The notes: a model not told the origin generated them from the sequence alone. 64,000 nucleotides of DNA from the human T2T-CHM13v2.0 reference genome, Homo sapiens (GCF_009914755.1 NC_060947.1); one strand, 5' to 3'; counted from the first letter of the stretch, positions 27,798 through 47,746 are shown. A program made the numbers and translations.

Positions 27798-28408
27798 TAA
27801 ACCAAATTAAAGTTTATGTGATTGGTTGCAATATTTGTCTAATTTTATATGTTTTCTTCAGGAAAACTTTAGAACTCAAAAATCATTTACAGCTGATTAA
27901 ATAGCAAGTAAAATGTACTTGTGGTCATTGCCGTATAACATTAGGCACACGCTTCTAACACTTCTATAATATCTAGATTTTATTTACCTCATTTTAACTT
28001 GCAATGTCTGTCTATCTCATGAACTCTCCATAAATCCAAGAACTGCCTGTAGTTTTCAAAATGACATGTGGGTTTTTACTGTTATCATTGTTATTTCGAT
28101 AGGGCTTTTTCCTGATTTTGGGTATACAAGTTCCAAACTTGCATAATAATTGCTAACGCACTAGGCGATATCTAGGGCCAGTCTGTTAAAGGGGACCTCT
28201 AATGTAGCTATAAGACAGGTTGGTAAAGATGAACTAACATAAGTTTAAGCTAATAATTCAGTAGTTGATGCAGTATTTCACAGTAGAGCCCGAGCTTACT
28301 CATTTTTTTCAAAATTTGGATCCTGATACTCCTTTTTCAGAGTTCAGAACTGAACTGCTCCCCTAAGACCTCAGAATCTTTTGCATTGAGACATATGATC
28401 TATTTATA

Positions 28409-28414
28409 AATAAA
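28409..28414 (+). terminator. Candidate middle poly(A) signal
   Basis: AATAAA lying between the two 3'UTR Alus. Confidence 0.4.
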
Positions 28415-29286
28415 GGTTATCAAATATCTTGTTGAACTAATTAGGTTGATCAAATTAGGATCCCAAATATTGGGGTCCCTGACATCTGAGCCTTTATCTA
28501 AAAATGTTTCTGTAACATAATGACAGCCTTTATGTTTGTTAATTGCCTATAGTAAAGAAGCAATTTTAAGCCTATTCTCATTTCCCTCTCCCCTACAAAA
28601 AATGATAAAAGCTTTCCAATTACTTACATATGCTCTAACAAGTGTCTCAGGATTCATTAACAGAATTTTATAGAGTACAGTAATTCAAATATAGCACAGT
28701 ACAGAGTTTACCAAAAACACATAAAACTTTGCTAGATAGACAGTGAGGTGGAAAGGAACTAAAATGTATCTCTCTTGAATAGCATTTGGGGTTCAATTGA
28801 ATTTGTTGTGTTTACAACAGCAAAGCACCGTTAGCCTGGACAGTTGCTTATGGCATCGATAGGGTTGGATAATATTCTGGGATTTGTTGCAGCAGAATTC
28901 CTCTATCTGATGATCAGCAGTTGAACATAAACTTCATAATTATAGTAAAATTTAGGAAAAACTATGAGTGTGAAGAGTATGAACTGATTGGGTAGATTAG
29001 GCAGAGTGCATTATGGGCAAGACAAAGGTTTTCGATATTAACTTCTTTTAAAATAAACTTTTTATTTTCAAACAGTTTCAGTTTTACAGAAAAAATGTGA
29101 AGCTAGTACAGAGAGGTCTCATTTACCCCACACCCAGTTTCTCCTGTTATTAGCATCTCACATTAATATGTGGTATATTTGTTACAATTAATAAAACACA
29201 TTGATATGTTAATATTATTAACTGAAGTCCATACTTTATTCAGGTTTCTTTAGTTTTTACCTAAGATCCTTTTTAAGAATTGTTTC

Positions 29287-29580
<294 letters not shown>

Positions 29581-29815
29581 AATTGTTTCAGCATCTTGTT
29601 CAGGATTCCACATTACATCTAATAGTCATATCTCCTTAGGATCCTTTTGATTGTGACAGTTTCTCAGACTTTCCTTGTTTTCAGTGACCTTGACACTTTT
29701 GAGAGAGATTTTCCTCAACTGGGATTTGTCAGTTGTCTTTCTCATGATTAGACTGAGGTTATGAGTTTTTGAAAGTAGGACCACGGAGAAGAAGTGCCAT
29801 TTTCATCACATCATA

Positions 29816-30179
29816 CAGGCATACTTTGGAGACAATGCAGATTTGGTTCCAGATCACTGCAATGAAGCAAATATTACAATAAAGCAAGTCACACAAATTT
29901 TTTTGGTTTCCCAGTGCATATAAAATTTTATGTTTACACTATCCTGTAGTCTGGTAAATGTGCAATAGCATTATGTCTAAAAAACAATGTACATACCTTA
30001 TTTTAAAATACTTTATTGCTAACATGTTACTGGCACAAACACGAAGTGAGCACATGCTGTTGGAAAAATGGTGCCAATAGACTTGTTGGTCACAGGGTTG
30101 CCACAAACTTTTAATTTGTAAAAAATGCAATATCAGCAAAGTGCAATAAAGTGAAGCACAATAAAACGAGGTATGCCTG
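29816..30179 (+). mobile_element. Internally deleted Tigger1 retaining both terminal inverted repeats
   Basis: TA|CAGGCATAC...GAGGTATGCCTG|TA. Confidence 0.88.
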
Positions 30180-31489
30180 TATTTACATGACTCATCACTG
30201 TTGTTTAACCTTGATCACCTGGCTGAAATAGTTGTTGTCAGGTTTCTCCCCTGTACTCTTTTTTTCCTCCCCTCCATACTGTACTCTCTGAAAGGAAATC
30301 ACTATGTGCAGCCCATGCTTCTGGAGTGGTAAGTTATATGCCACACCCTTCAGAGCATGTATCTTACATAAATTATTTGGAATTATTCTCTAAGGGAGAT
30401 TGTCTCTTCTCCCCCATTTATTTATTTATACAATACTTTATTTATATCAGCATGGACTCATGGGTATTTATTTTATACTTCGAGTTATAATCTAATACTA
30501 CTACTTTATTTTATTGCTCGAATTGTTCCAGCTTTGGCCATTGGGAGCTCTTTTGGGTGATTCTCAAGTTCTTTTGACACACCCCCATCATTTTTTTTTA
30601 GCACGTCCTTACTTTCTGCCACTGCAAGATGTTCCAGGCTCATCTTGTATATTTTGTGGCCTACTCCTATAATCAGCCATTTCTTCAAGAAGTCCTGGTT
30701 TCTTTTACTGGAAAATTGTATTAGAAACCAATATCTGGGCATTAGGTATGTTCATTGTTACTGGGCTATTGTTGCTTCTAGGGTGTCTCAGCTAACAGCA
30801 AGGAAACATATGTGTGTATACTATCCTATGTATATGCACATTCTATAAATATTTCTATATGTAATCACCCAGATTTTTATTTAGCTAAACATGAGTTCAT
30901 ATTGATGTTTTCAACTCTAACCTGTTACCACGTGAATCATTCTAGCTTCTTCCTGTTAGTTACATGAAGCCTCCCACACTAATACTGAGAAACCTGGCTC
31001 TCAACCTCTGTCATCTATTTACTTAATTTTTCAAATTCAGTGTGCACATATAGCAGTATCTGAATTGTTAACCTGTATACCCATGGGAAACAACTTTATC
31101 AACTACAGCACAGTGTGTATGTACATAAAAATAGTAATATTTTTAGAACTCCAACAGCTCTTTGAAACAAAGTGGTCTGCAAAATTCTGGAATTAGGGAT
31201 TTCTGTGATCTGAGTTCCAAGATTCTGGGGTCTATCCTGCCCCCAAAAAGTTTTCTCATGAACCAAACCATCAAGAATGTACCTAACCTTAAATAAGCCA
31301 AGGGAACTTACTGATGCTCCACAGTTTGCTAATTCTTGTATGAGGTACTGTAGAGGGATGGATACAGAAGGAACTGGGTGGGCCAAATTTAAATAAACAC
31401 ATAGCACTATCTTTTCTCACTGTTAAATATGGCTCTCTGACAACAGTGATGCTACCCTGAGTTACCTCTCTTCTGTATTTTCCCAGATC

Positions 31490-31620
31490 TCACTTGGTTG
31501 ACCTTAGGCAAGTCATATCACCTCTCTGTGCCTCAATTAATCCATTTGCAAAATGGGGATCTCAATATCTACCTCACAGGAATGTTGTGAGGCTTCTCAT
31601 AAATTGATTTTGGCAAAAAT
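31490..31620 (+). mobile_element. MIR fragment
   Basis: tgaccttaggcaagtca...tctctgtgcctca...aaaatggggat...ctacctcacagga-tgttgtgagg. Confidence 0.75.
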
Positions 31621-32835
31621 GAAAGATCTTTAAGTGAACAACCAAGTATTATAACCATTGTTATAATGATAGTTATAGTACCTTATATTTACCCTATGTA
31701 AAAGAGAAGATTAGGCTTCCTAGGTGATAAACAGATAAATTTGAGTAAGAAGGATAATTAAAGAGTGGCCACTGGAAGCAATATTATTTATTCTCTTACT
31801 TTCACTTTCCCTATATCTTCTTTGTTACTAACAATACGATTATCATCTGTTTCCATACTTGAAATGTATTAGGACCTAAAGGAAGAGGTAGGCAAAATTC
31901 ATTGCTTCAGAAGCTGTATTCTTCCCCCTTTGTAACTCTGCTTGGACCACATTCCATGTCACATTCTCAGAAGCACAAAGGCAATTTTCCAGAGCCCTTT
32001 AAGCTTTGGCCAGTTCAGTTTCACCACTTATATTTTCTCTTTCCCAACTTACTTTACTCTGAATAGTATAGGTAGGAGGAGGGAAGTTGGGTAGGGTGGT
32101 TGGGGGTGGGAGTGGGTTGGAAGAGGATGGGATTTATACCAGTGGCAGGATATTTCTCTGTTTTCCAAACACTGGTTTTAATTTCCATTTCCTTTTCTGG
32201 TGTTGGGGTGGGGTCAGGGGAAGAGATACTATTTTGTTAACTGTTAAAAGCTCTCCTTCCTTTCCTAGAGTCGCTACAAGTAGCTGTGTTGGACATTACT
32301 TTATAACTATGCTGTATGCCATGCTGTTTTCATTGTATCACAGAATTAAAAGGGGAAGAGAGTTCCTAGTGGTGTCCATCCCTGTTTTTTGACAGGCAGT
32401 CACACAGGTGAGCAGTGCCAGAAACTGGTTCTCTTTTTTGTGTTGGGGAAAGGAGCCTGCAGTGAAAGGATCAGTTGGATTTTTTGTCATTGTTAGTTTG
32501 TTTAAATAAATTATAAGACAGTATATTAAGCTTTAGTCTCTGTAACTCTTATGTTTGTGCCCCATTATTTTAGTGCTTTAGAGCAACACCTTGTTTTTCC
32601 TCTATTTTATACTAGTTCTTGCTCCAGAGGCATGGCTTTGAGGCTAGAATCATGAGCAATCTCTCATAAACAAGTCTGTTATGCACCTGGAGATACTCAA
32701 GATTTGCCTCTGTTAGCATGGCCACTTAGAGATTACTCTGTTCTACTTCAGAGACCCTCCACTATGGCATCCATGCAGGGTGTGTGCTTGGGGACTAAGC
32801 AATCTTGTTCAGTTTAATTATTGTACTTTTTTATT

Positions 32836-32841
32836 AATAAA
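32836..32841 (+). terminator. Candidate distal poly(A) signal
   Basis: TGTA (CFIm motif) at 32822, T-rich run, AATAAA, then downstream ttttcttgactttgtct. Confidence 0.65.
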
Positions 32842-33853
32842 AAGGTCTTAAACTTCAGAAATCATGGCCATTTTCTTGACTTTGTCTCCAATCTCTGTTT
32901 CTTCAGCATGACAAGAGTAGATCACTTTTTTCCCCCTAGCTGGGTAAAGTTGTGATGAAGCTACTATGTAGTATCATGGGATAAAAAATGAAGCCAGGTT
33001 GTCTTAAACATGACAGTTTCTCTGTTTAATCATATAAGGTCCTCCCCATTTTGGGTAATCTATTCAGCCGTGTCCCTGAATGGAGCTTCATGAAGGCTTT
33101 GTGCTCCTTTTGTGTATTTCCTACAAAGGATTTGATAAGAGTTTGTTGGATACAGATTCAGTTGGCTAGATTTTGTTGCTCAGCTCTGTTCTCCTCACTA
33201 TTTTGTTTGTGTTTTCCTAAGATGTAAGGAGGGAAAGGAGGGTGTTTGGACAGCTTTAAACCTCAAAGCCACCGCAGTAAAAATTCTAGCCCTGAGTGAA
33301 GATGTCGAAGTTGCCTGACCTTTCAGAGAAACTCTGGGAGAAAAGTAGAAAGAGGGAAATTCTGTGCTGGAGATTGAGGCCAAGAGCAGGAAGAACAAAT
33401 TAAAAAGTGACTGTTCCTGGGCTGCCAGAATGAGATTTTCACTACAAATGATAAAAATAGGAAATCTCATCATTTTTTAAAATCATTTCTTTATTCTAAG
33501 AGCCAATGTCATCCCTTTCGGCTATAGGCGTTCTCAATTCCATGCTACCAGTATTGACTAAAAACCTACCAATAATCCAGTCTCCTTTCTGGTTGCTATG
33601 GAGATGAATAAAACCCAGCTCCTGCTCTAAAGAAATTCACTCCCTAGTGGAAGAGACCAGCATGTGAAGAAACACAGTAGTTTTTTAAGTGTTATCTTGG
33701 AGATATGTTTAATATTTTCAAAGACTAAAAACATGTGAACAATGAAAGATACCATAAACAAAATTTAAACATAGCTGCATATATAATGCAGGATTTCTAT
33801 CCAGAATGTATTTTTTAAAACCCTACAAACCAATAACAAAAATACAATATACA

Positions 33854-38455
<4,602 letters not shown>

Positions 38456-38471
38456 AAAAATACAATATACA

Positions 38472-39060
38472 ATAATTTAAAAAGAAATTAACAAATAATT
38501 CAGAGAAGGATTACATGTAGTCAGTGAACATATAAAAAGATGTTCAATCTCATCAGTAATTAGGGAAATAAAATGAAATCGAACTATTTTCCATTCATTT
38601 GACTGGAAAATGTTTACAAGTTTTATAAGACCAAGTGTTAGCAAATGATTAGGAAGGAGAAATTATAAATTATTGGTTGGAGATAAAAATGGTAGTCATT
38701 TTGGAGGTGAATTTTTTTCATATTTATTATGACTAAAACGGCCATATGCCCTATGTCTCTGAAATTTCACATTTTGGTGTCTACAGTAGAGCAACTGTCA
38801 ACTATATACAGTTTAGTCCATATACCATAAAGATGTTAATTTTAGCATTGTGTATAATTGTGCAAAATTATAAACAACCTAAATACCTATCCAAACGGGG
38901 AATGGCTAATTAAACTATTGTATGTTATATTGTGTGATACAGTGCAGCAGTGTATAAAAATGAGGTAGATCTATATTAACTTACATGAAATGATCTTCAC
39001 ATTGTTGAGGAAAAAACCAAATCATATTGTTTGGGAAGAATTCATACGAACCAGATTACC
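38472..39060 (+). mobile_element. Very old L1ME-type remnant (host of the L1PA; continues from ~33720-33853)
   Basis: Degenerate ORF2-end motifs: aaaagatgttcaatctcatcagtaattagggaaat, aaacaacctaaat, ggctaattaaactattgtat. Confidence 0.65.
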
Positions 39061-40587
39061 ATGTCTATGTATTGAGAGAAGTAAAGGGCCTGAGTTTGAG
39101 GGTTTAAAATCAGTCTGTGAGAGTTCAGGAAGGAACTCCACAGGGCTGGTGGAGGATATGGTCAAGAGAACAGTGAATGCAAAGGTACCTCTTCTCTGAA
39201 ATCTGCTATTGAAAATGCTTAGGAGTTACTATGTAAACTTATGTTTGAGCACCCACGAGTGTATTAGCCTGCTTTGTCTATGAGGTTAGGAACAGTAACC
39301 TGGCAGAGAATGAGCATGGGTAGGAGACAATGGTACCAGGTACCATTTTGAAAGGAACTAGCATAGGTCAGCAAGGGGAAGGTACATATCCTGGTAAAAA
39401 CAAAGTAAACAATCATTGCCTCTTGGCTAATGCACCCTATGAAGCCAGAACAGCTGAGGGTGAGAGGCCCAGAACACATGCTTTGTACCCCTCACCAGCT
39501 GAGGAGTGAAAGGAGAGCCTACCTGCTTGCTTGCTTCATTCTTCATGCTGGATCTCTGGATCTGTTGCTTTACAGTAATACTTGTGGGCTGTCTCTCTTC
39601 CCTTAGCATTTTCTCTAAATCATATTTTCAGTATAATGTGGCTGAACCTTGATAAAAGTGGATGATCATCTCTAAGCACTTATTTTCCTTTTCTTATTTT
39701 GGTTCTTGTCATTATGAAATATAAAAACAGAGGAACGAATAAAACATATCTACAATTGAAAGAATAATGATAGCATAAAGCCACATGTGTGCACAACTCA
39801 GGTTCAGATATAACACATTTATTGCCCAGACCTCCAGAAGCATCCAGGCACCTCTTGCTTACCACATTCTCCTCCCTCTCCTCAAAGGTAACCTCTATCT
39901 AATTTTGAGTGATAACTATTCTCTTCTTTGTGAAAAAAAAAATTTTGCCAGTGATGAATGTAAACTTAAATCATAGCTTAATTTTCCATATTTTTGAACT
40001 TTAAATAGATTGAATCATATTGTATGTGTCCTTTTGTGCTTTATTTTTCTCAGAGATGGTTGTACAATTAATCCATGTAGATATTTGTAGCTGTAGTATT
40101 TTTATTTCCATAGCTCTGTAGTATTCTATTATATAAACAACTATATTAATCACATTGAGCTTTGAAGTTCCCTTGTGTTGTTTCAAGTTTAGAGGTTACA
40201 ATGTTAAGAGAAACAATATTTCTATGAATGTTCTTTCAAATGTCTGAGGGTATACATGTGCAAGAATTTCTCTAAGGAAAATATCTAGGGATGAAACTGC
40301 TGAGACAAAGGCATTTGCTTTTTTGTTGTTGTTGTTAGCTAGATTATGCAAAATGTTTCTCAATGCAGTTGCATAAACTTGCATTTACACCAGCAGTGTA
40401 TGAGGATTTTAATTTCTCTACATCTGTGCGAATATACAGTACAGTCTTTTTTAAGTTTTTACAATTTAATGGTGTATAAGTATATTTTATGGGGTTTTGG
40501 CATTTCCTTGTCAACTAATGAGGAGATAATTTTTTCATGTATTTATTGACCTTTTGGATTTTTCTGTTGAAGTGTCTGTTGAAGTCT

Positions 40588-40960
40588 ATAGTGGATGCTA
40601 TCATGTGCCGCCCAGATACCCCTCTCCAGGACAGAAGCACTCATTGTCAAGCTACTGAGAGTGTTGGCAACAGATACATCTCAGCTGAATTTCTCCCCAA
40701 GATAGGGCTGACCAAAATGTACATACCTTTCTCAGGGTCAGCCTGCATCCAATAGCTGTTTGATGTGAGTATATAAAGGCCCTGACCTCCATCCCAATTC
40801 AGGATGGCTTTGAAGGGCCATTCTAGCTCCAGAACCCCCATAGGATTGTCTGAGGTCTTTGCTGTGACTGAATTGCAGTTCTTCCTTTCCTTCTGTCCTG
40901 TGCTGCTTCTTCCACTTCCCCATAGGTTGGGACCCTGAGATCATGTCCCAATGCATTTTC
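40588..40960 (+). mobile_element. ERVL LTR16-like solo LTR (duplicate at ~57213-57585 on the - strand)
   Basis: tatataaagg...gaagggccattctagctccagaacccccataggattgtctgaggtctttg resembles the recalled LTR16 consensus. Confidence 0.65.
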
Positions 40961-40989
40961 TATGTTATTTCTAAAATCACTACATTTCT

Positions 40990-41290
40990 GGCCGGGTGCA
41001 GTGGCTCATGCCTGTAATCCCAGCACTTTGGGAGGCAGAGGCAGGCAGATCGCTTGAGGTCAGGAGTTCAAGATCAGCCTTGCCAACATGGTGAAACCCC
41101 GTCTCTACTAATAATACAAAAGTTAGCCTAGTGTGGTGGCTCGTGCCTGTAATCCCAGCTACTTAGGAGGCCGAGGCAGGAGAATCTCCTGAACCTGGGA
41201 GGCGGACACTGCAGTGAGCTTTGATTGTGCCACTGTACTCCAGTCTGCATGAGAGTGAGACTCTGTCTCGGAAAAAAAAAAATAAATAAA
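40990..41290 (+). mobile_element. Alu (S-type) inside the left arm
   Basis: TSD atcactacatttct. Confidence 0.93.
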
Positions 41291-44200
41291 TCACATCACT
41301 ACATTTCTGTCTTTCAAATTTAGATCTTAATTCATCCTGTAATTAATTTTAGTATGTGATGTGATAGAGGTCTTGTATCATTTTTTTCTACATGGATGTC
41401 CAGTTGTCCCAGCACTATTCATTGAAACACCCACCCTTTCCCCACCACTATGCAATACCATTTCTGTTACATTAAGTAACGCAAGTGTCAATTTTGGGGC
41501 CTTCATTTTTGTTCGAATACTACACACACTTAACTTATAATTGCTTTATAATTAGGCTTGATACCTGGTGGGTATCAAATTTCATGAGTATCAGTTAAAC
41601 CATTAATTGAGTGGATTGTATTTTTGTAATGTTAAATCAACTTTGTATTCATAGAAAGAGCTCACCTTGATCATAATGTATTATCCTTTATATGCATTGC
41701 TATCCATTTCTGTATTCGGTTTGCTAACATTTAGAACATGAATAAGATTGGCCTGTAATTTTTTTTTATGAATTGTCCTTGCCAGGTTTGAGGATCAAAG
41801 TTTTACTGGTCTCATAAAATGAATATGAGACAGCTCCAGAGTTTTCTATACTTTTTGGATAAGTTTGTTTAAGACTGGAATTATTTATTCCTTGAATACC
41901 TCAAGAGCTTTTTATTGTGGGAATAATTCAGTCTATTAGCTCAATGTTTTGGATATTTTATTCTTTCTTGAGTTCATCCTAATGTATTTCTCCTGGGGAT
42001 TTGCTGGTTTCACTACAATTTAAAATTTACTAGCATAAAGCTGTTAATAATTGCTTCATTTATTCTACAATTTCTTTTGAAATTTTTCAAACCTATAGAG
42101 AAGTTGAAAGAATATTGCAATGAACACCCACATACCCTTCATCCAAATTTACCAATGCTCATCATTTTGCCACGTGACTCTTACCTATTTATCTATCCAC
42201 ATGCACACACACACTCACATACACACACACAAACTTTTAGTTGAACGATTTGAAAGTGAGTGGAATAGAGGTCATGACAATCGACCAATAAATACTTTTG
42301 TGTGCATTGCTTAAGAACAAATATATTCTCCTACATAACCAAAATGCATTATCATAATTGAGAGAATAAAAATAATTCCATAATTTTTTTACCTACTATA
42401 AGGTTGTATTGAAATCTATCTAATTGCCCCTAAAATGCCTTCGATCTTTTTTTTTTTCCCAACCTAGGATTCTGTGAAGTTTTACACATTACATTTGGTT
42501 ATATCTCTTTGGTGTGTTTTAATGAAAATGAAGTATCTTGGAATTTTGTTTGCTTATTCATGACACTGAATTTTTTTTTAAGAGTGCAAGCCAGGTCTTA
42601 TAGAATATTTCCCATTCTGGATTATTATGATTGTTTCCTTATGACATTCAGATAAAATAATTTTTGTTAAAATACTACGTAAGTTATACTATGTACTTCA
42701 CATTTCATCTTATCATGAGGTACATAATGTAAATTTATCCCAGTATTTGAAATGCCACATTTGATCACTGCATTAACTGACTTTCCAGATTTCTTCATTG
42801 TAAAAGTACATTTTCCTTATGTAATTTTTAATAAATTAATGGGATGATATTCTGTTCTCCATCAGTTTCTCTGAGATTAATGCCCAAGAGTACTATATTT
42901 TGGTGAAATGCTAAATGTCTATTGAGTTTTAATCTTAGTTTTATGGTTTTATTTTGTTTTTTTAATTTCTAGAAATTCTATTTGGTTATTGTATAAATCT
43001 GTGGGATCATTGTTTATAGTGTACTGTTCATTACAGGTGTTTTAAGCTTATATTTTACCTCTTTAAATGTAACAAGCATAGTCATTATATGTTTTTTGTC
43101 TGAGAATTCCAACATCTGAAGTTTTTGTGGGTCTTTCTCTACTATCAGTTTGTTTATGACAGTTCTCCCTCATAGCTCCTTATTCCGCTCTGTTACTGTT
43201 TTTTTTTTTTTTTTTTTTTTTTGTGGTGAGCAGCCCATTCTTGAAAATTTATTTATAGGACTTCTTTAAGAGCTTAGATGATGGAACCTTTTTCCATAGG
43301 AAATTGGTATTTGCTTCTTTCAGGTCTCTTGGGGTATTATTAGTGTAGAATGACATTAAATAACAGCTTGAGGCCTTTAGGGCCACCTAGATTATGGGAA
43401 TTTGGGTAGTAATTCTCATAAGGGTGTGCTCGAGTTATAAAATCTCAGTGATGGCTTCATCCCCTGCAATGCATAGGAACCAGGCAACTTTCTTTGTAGT
43501 TCTCTGGGGGTTGCTGTGGGTTGGGTATGTTTACATCTACTTCATTCTTTCACTGAAAATATAGCTCTTTAGGGTTCCAAATTTATGGATTCAGGGTCTC
43601 TTGTTAGATTTTCCATCTTACATGGAGTCCAGACTTTGTCTTCCATCCCTTTAGAATACCAAACCCATGAAAACAAGGGTTCAATGTGCAAAAGTGGCTT
43701 TGATACTCCTGTTATTTTTGTGGACTGCCACATTTTGTAGATTTTGGCCTGAACAAAAAAACATACTATTTTGCCAGCTCTTTATGATATAAGAATAAGT
43801 TTTGTACATTATTTGCACTTTAGTTGTTTTCAGCGTAAGCATTAGTCAAGATACCTAACCTACTATTTTACTGATATTGGAAGACTTATCTCTAAATACT
43901 TTAAATTTGATCCATATGTGGCTATTTGTTACCATGGAATAAGATAAACCTAAATATAGCAGTGTAGCATAGTGATTAATTACACGGTCTTAGGAGTCAT
44001 AGAAAAGTGGGTTTAAATTACAGCTCTTCCCCTACCTGTGTCAATTCGGCTAACTTTTAAAATTATTCTGCTGAATTTTAATTTTTGTTTTTTCCTTTTC
44101 TCATCACCCACATTTTACTAATTTTAATCCTTTTCCATGTTTGCTTTCAGTCTTCTTTTTTAAAAACATATTTTACGTTCAGAATTACATATGCTGGTTT

Positions 44201-45735
44201 GTTACATAGGTAAATTGCATGTTTGGTTTGGTTTGTAAATTGGGGTTTGGTGAAAAGATAATTTTGCCACCCAGGTAATAAAAGCATAATACATGATAGT
44301 ACATGACACGGTAGTTTTTCAATCCTCACCCTTCTCCCTTCCTCCGCCCTCAAGTAGGCCCCAGTGTCTGTTGTTTCCTTCTTTGTGTCCACGTGTACTC
44401 AATATTTAGCTCCCACTTATAAGTGAAAATATGTGGTGTTGGGTTTTCTCCTCCTGTGTTAGTTCACTTAGGATAATAGCCTTTAGTTTCATCCATGTTG
44501 CTGCACAGGACATGATCTTGTTCATTTTTACGGTTGTAGAGTATTCCATGATGTATATGTATCACATTATCTTTATTCAGCCTACTATTGATGGTCATTT
44601 AGATTGATTTCATGTCTTTGCTATTTTGAATAGTGCTGCAGTGGACATACATGTGCATGTGGCTTTATGGTAAAATGATTTATATTCCTTTGGGTATATA
44701 CCCAATAATGGGATTGCTGGGTCAAATGGTAATTCTGCTTTGAGTTCTTTTGGAAATTGCCAAACTGCTTTCCACAATGGCTAAATTAATTTACATTTCC
44801 ATTAGCAGTGTACAAGCATAACCTTTTCTCTGAAACCTCACCAGCATTTATTATCTTTTGACTTTTTAATAGCCATTCTGACAGGTATAAGATGGTATCT
44901 CACTGTGGTTTTGATTTGCATTTCTCCAGTGATTAGTGATGTTTAGTATTGTTTTCATGTGCTTGTTAGCCATATGTATGTCTTCTTTTGAAAAGTGTCC
45001 ATTCATGTTATTTGCCCACTTTTTAATGGGGTTGTTTGTTTTTTGCTTATTGATTTGTTTAATTTCCTTATAGATTGATTTGTTTAATTTCCTTGTAGAT
45101 TCTGGATATTAAACGTTTGTTGGATGCATAATTTTCAGATCTTTTCTCTGATTCTGTAAGTAGTCTGATTATTCTGTTCATAGTTTCTTTTGCTGTGCAG
45201 AAGCTTTTTAGTTTAATTGTCATATTTGTCAATTGTCAGTTTTGTTAAAATTGCTTTTGGTGTCTTTGTCATGAAATTGCTGCCAGTGCCTATGTCCAGA
45301 ATGGTATTTCCTGCATTATCTTCCAGGGTTTTTATAATTTTAGATTTTACATTTAAGTCTTTAATCCATCTTCAGTTAATTTTTGTATATGGTATAAGGA
45401 AGGTGTCAAGTTTCAGTTTTCTACATAAGGCTAGCCAGTTATCCCAGCACCATTTATTGAATAAGGAGTCCTTTTCCCACTGCTTGTTTTTGCCGACTTC
45501 ATCGAAGATCAGACAGTTATAGATGTGTTGCATTATTTCCGGGCTATTTTGTTCCATTGGTCTAATGTATCTATTTTTGTACCAGTACCGTTTTATTTTG
45601 GTTACTGTAGCTTTGTAGTGTAGTTTGAAGTTGCATAACATAATGTCTCCAGCTTTGATCTTTTTGCTTTGGATTGCTTTGCCTATTCAAGCTTTTTTTT
45701 TTTGGTTCCATATGAATTTTAAAAAGTTCTGTGGA

Positions 45736-46038
<303 letters not shown>

Positions 46039-47746
46039 TCATTGGTACTATGATAGGAATAGCATTGAATCTGTAAATTGCTTTGAGCAGTATGGTCATT
46101 TTCACAACATTAATGCTTCCTATACATAAGCAGGGAATGCTTCCATTTGTTTGTGTCATCTCTGATTTCTTTGAGCAGTGTTTTGTAATTCTTATTGTAG
46201 AGAGCTTTCACCTCCCTGGTTAGCTTTATTGTATTTCTAGGTATTTTATTCTTTTTGTGGCTATTGTGAATGGGATTGTGTACTTGATTTTGCTCTCAGC
46301 TTGAATGTTGTTGGTGTATCGGAATCCTGCTGATATTTGTACATTGACTTTTATATCCTGAAATTTGCCGAAATTGTTTATCAGATCAAGGAGTTTTGGG
46401 GTGAGACTGGGGTTTTCTAGATATAGAATTGTATCATCCTCAACCAGGGAGAGTTTGACTTCCTCTCTTCCTGTTGGAATGCCTTTTATTTCTTTCTCTT
46501 GTTTGATTGCCCTGCTCAGGTCTTCCACTACTATGTTGAATAGGAGTGGTGAGAGAGGGCAAGAGGGCATCCTTGCCTTGCCACAGTTTTCTAGGGGAAT
46601 GCTTCCAGCTTTTACACATTCTCAGTATTATATTGACCGTAGGTTTGTCATAGGTAGCTCTCATTATTTTGAATTATGTTCCTTCAATGACTAATTTGTT
46701 GAGGGTTTTTAATATGAAGAGATGTTGAATTTAATTGAAAGCTTTTTCTGCACTATTCATATGCTCGTGTGGTTTTTCATTTCAGTTCATGTCGTGAATC
46801 ACAATTATTGATTTGCATATGTTGAACCAACCTTGCAACCCAGGGATAATGCCTACTTGATTGTGGTGGATGAGCTTTTGATGTGCTGTTGGACTCCATT
46901 TGCTACTATTTTGTTAAGAATTTTTGCATCTGTCTTCATCAAGGATATTGGCCTGAACTTTTCTTTTTTATTGTGTCTATGCTAGATTTTAGTATCAGGA
47001 TGATGCTGGCTTCATAGAATGAGTTTGGGATTAGTACCTATTCCTCAGTTTTTTTGTATAGTTTCAGTAAGAATAGTACCAGCTCTTCTTTATACATCTG
47101 GTAGAAGTTGCCTGTAAATCCATCTGGTTCTGGGCTTTTTCTAGTTGCTAGGCTTTTTATTACTGATTCAATTTTGGCATTCACTCTTGGTATTTTCAGG
47201 GATTCCATTTCTTCCTGTTTCAATCTTTGGAGGTTGTATGCTTCCAGAAATGTATACGTTTCTTCTAGGTTTTCTAGCTGGTACGTATAGAGGTGTTTGT
47301 AGTACTTTCTGAGGTTTTTTTGTTTTTCTGTGGGGTTGATGGTAACGTCTCCGTTGTCATTTCTGATTGTGTTTATTTTGATCTTCTCTCCTTTTTTTCT
47401 TATTAGTCTAGCTAGTGGTCCATCTATCTTATTTATTCTTTCAGAGACCCAACTACTAGGTTTGTTGATCCTTTGTATGGTTTTTCGCATCTGAATTTCC
47501 TTCAACTGGGCTCTGATTTTATTTCTTGTCTTTGGCGAACTCTGTTATTGGTTTACCCTTGTTTCTCTAATTCTTCTAGGTGTGATATTAGGTTCTTAAG
47601 TTGAGTTCTATCTGACTTTTTGAGGTGAGGGTTTAGCACTATAAACTAACCTTTTAATACTGCTTTAGTTTTGTCCAGAGATTCTGGTATGTTGTATATT
47701 TGATCCCATTAGTTTAAAAAAATTTCTCGATTTTTGCCTTAATTTC

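Larger units (their letters stand above)
39930..42513 (+). repeat. Inverted duplication, left arm
   Basis: Reverse complement of 53022-53729 plus 56342-58090; shares the LTR and Alu at identical positions. Confidence 0.93.

Noticed and set aside
45049-45098. 25-bp tandem duplication within L1
   Set aside because: Ordinary slippage duplication in a dead element.
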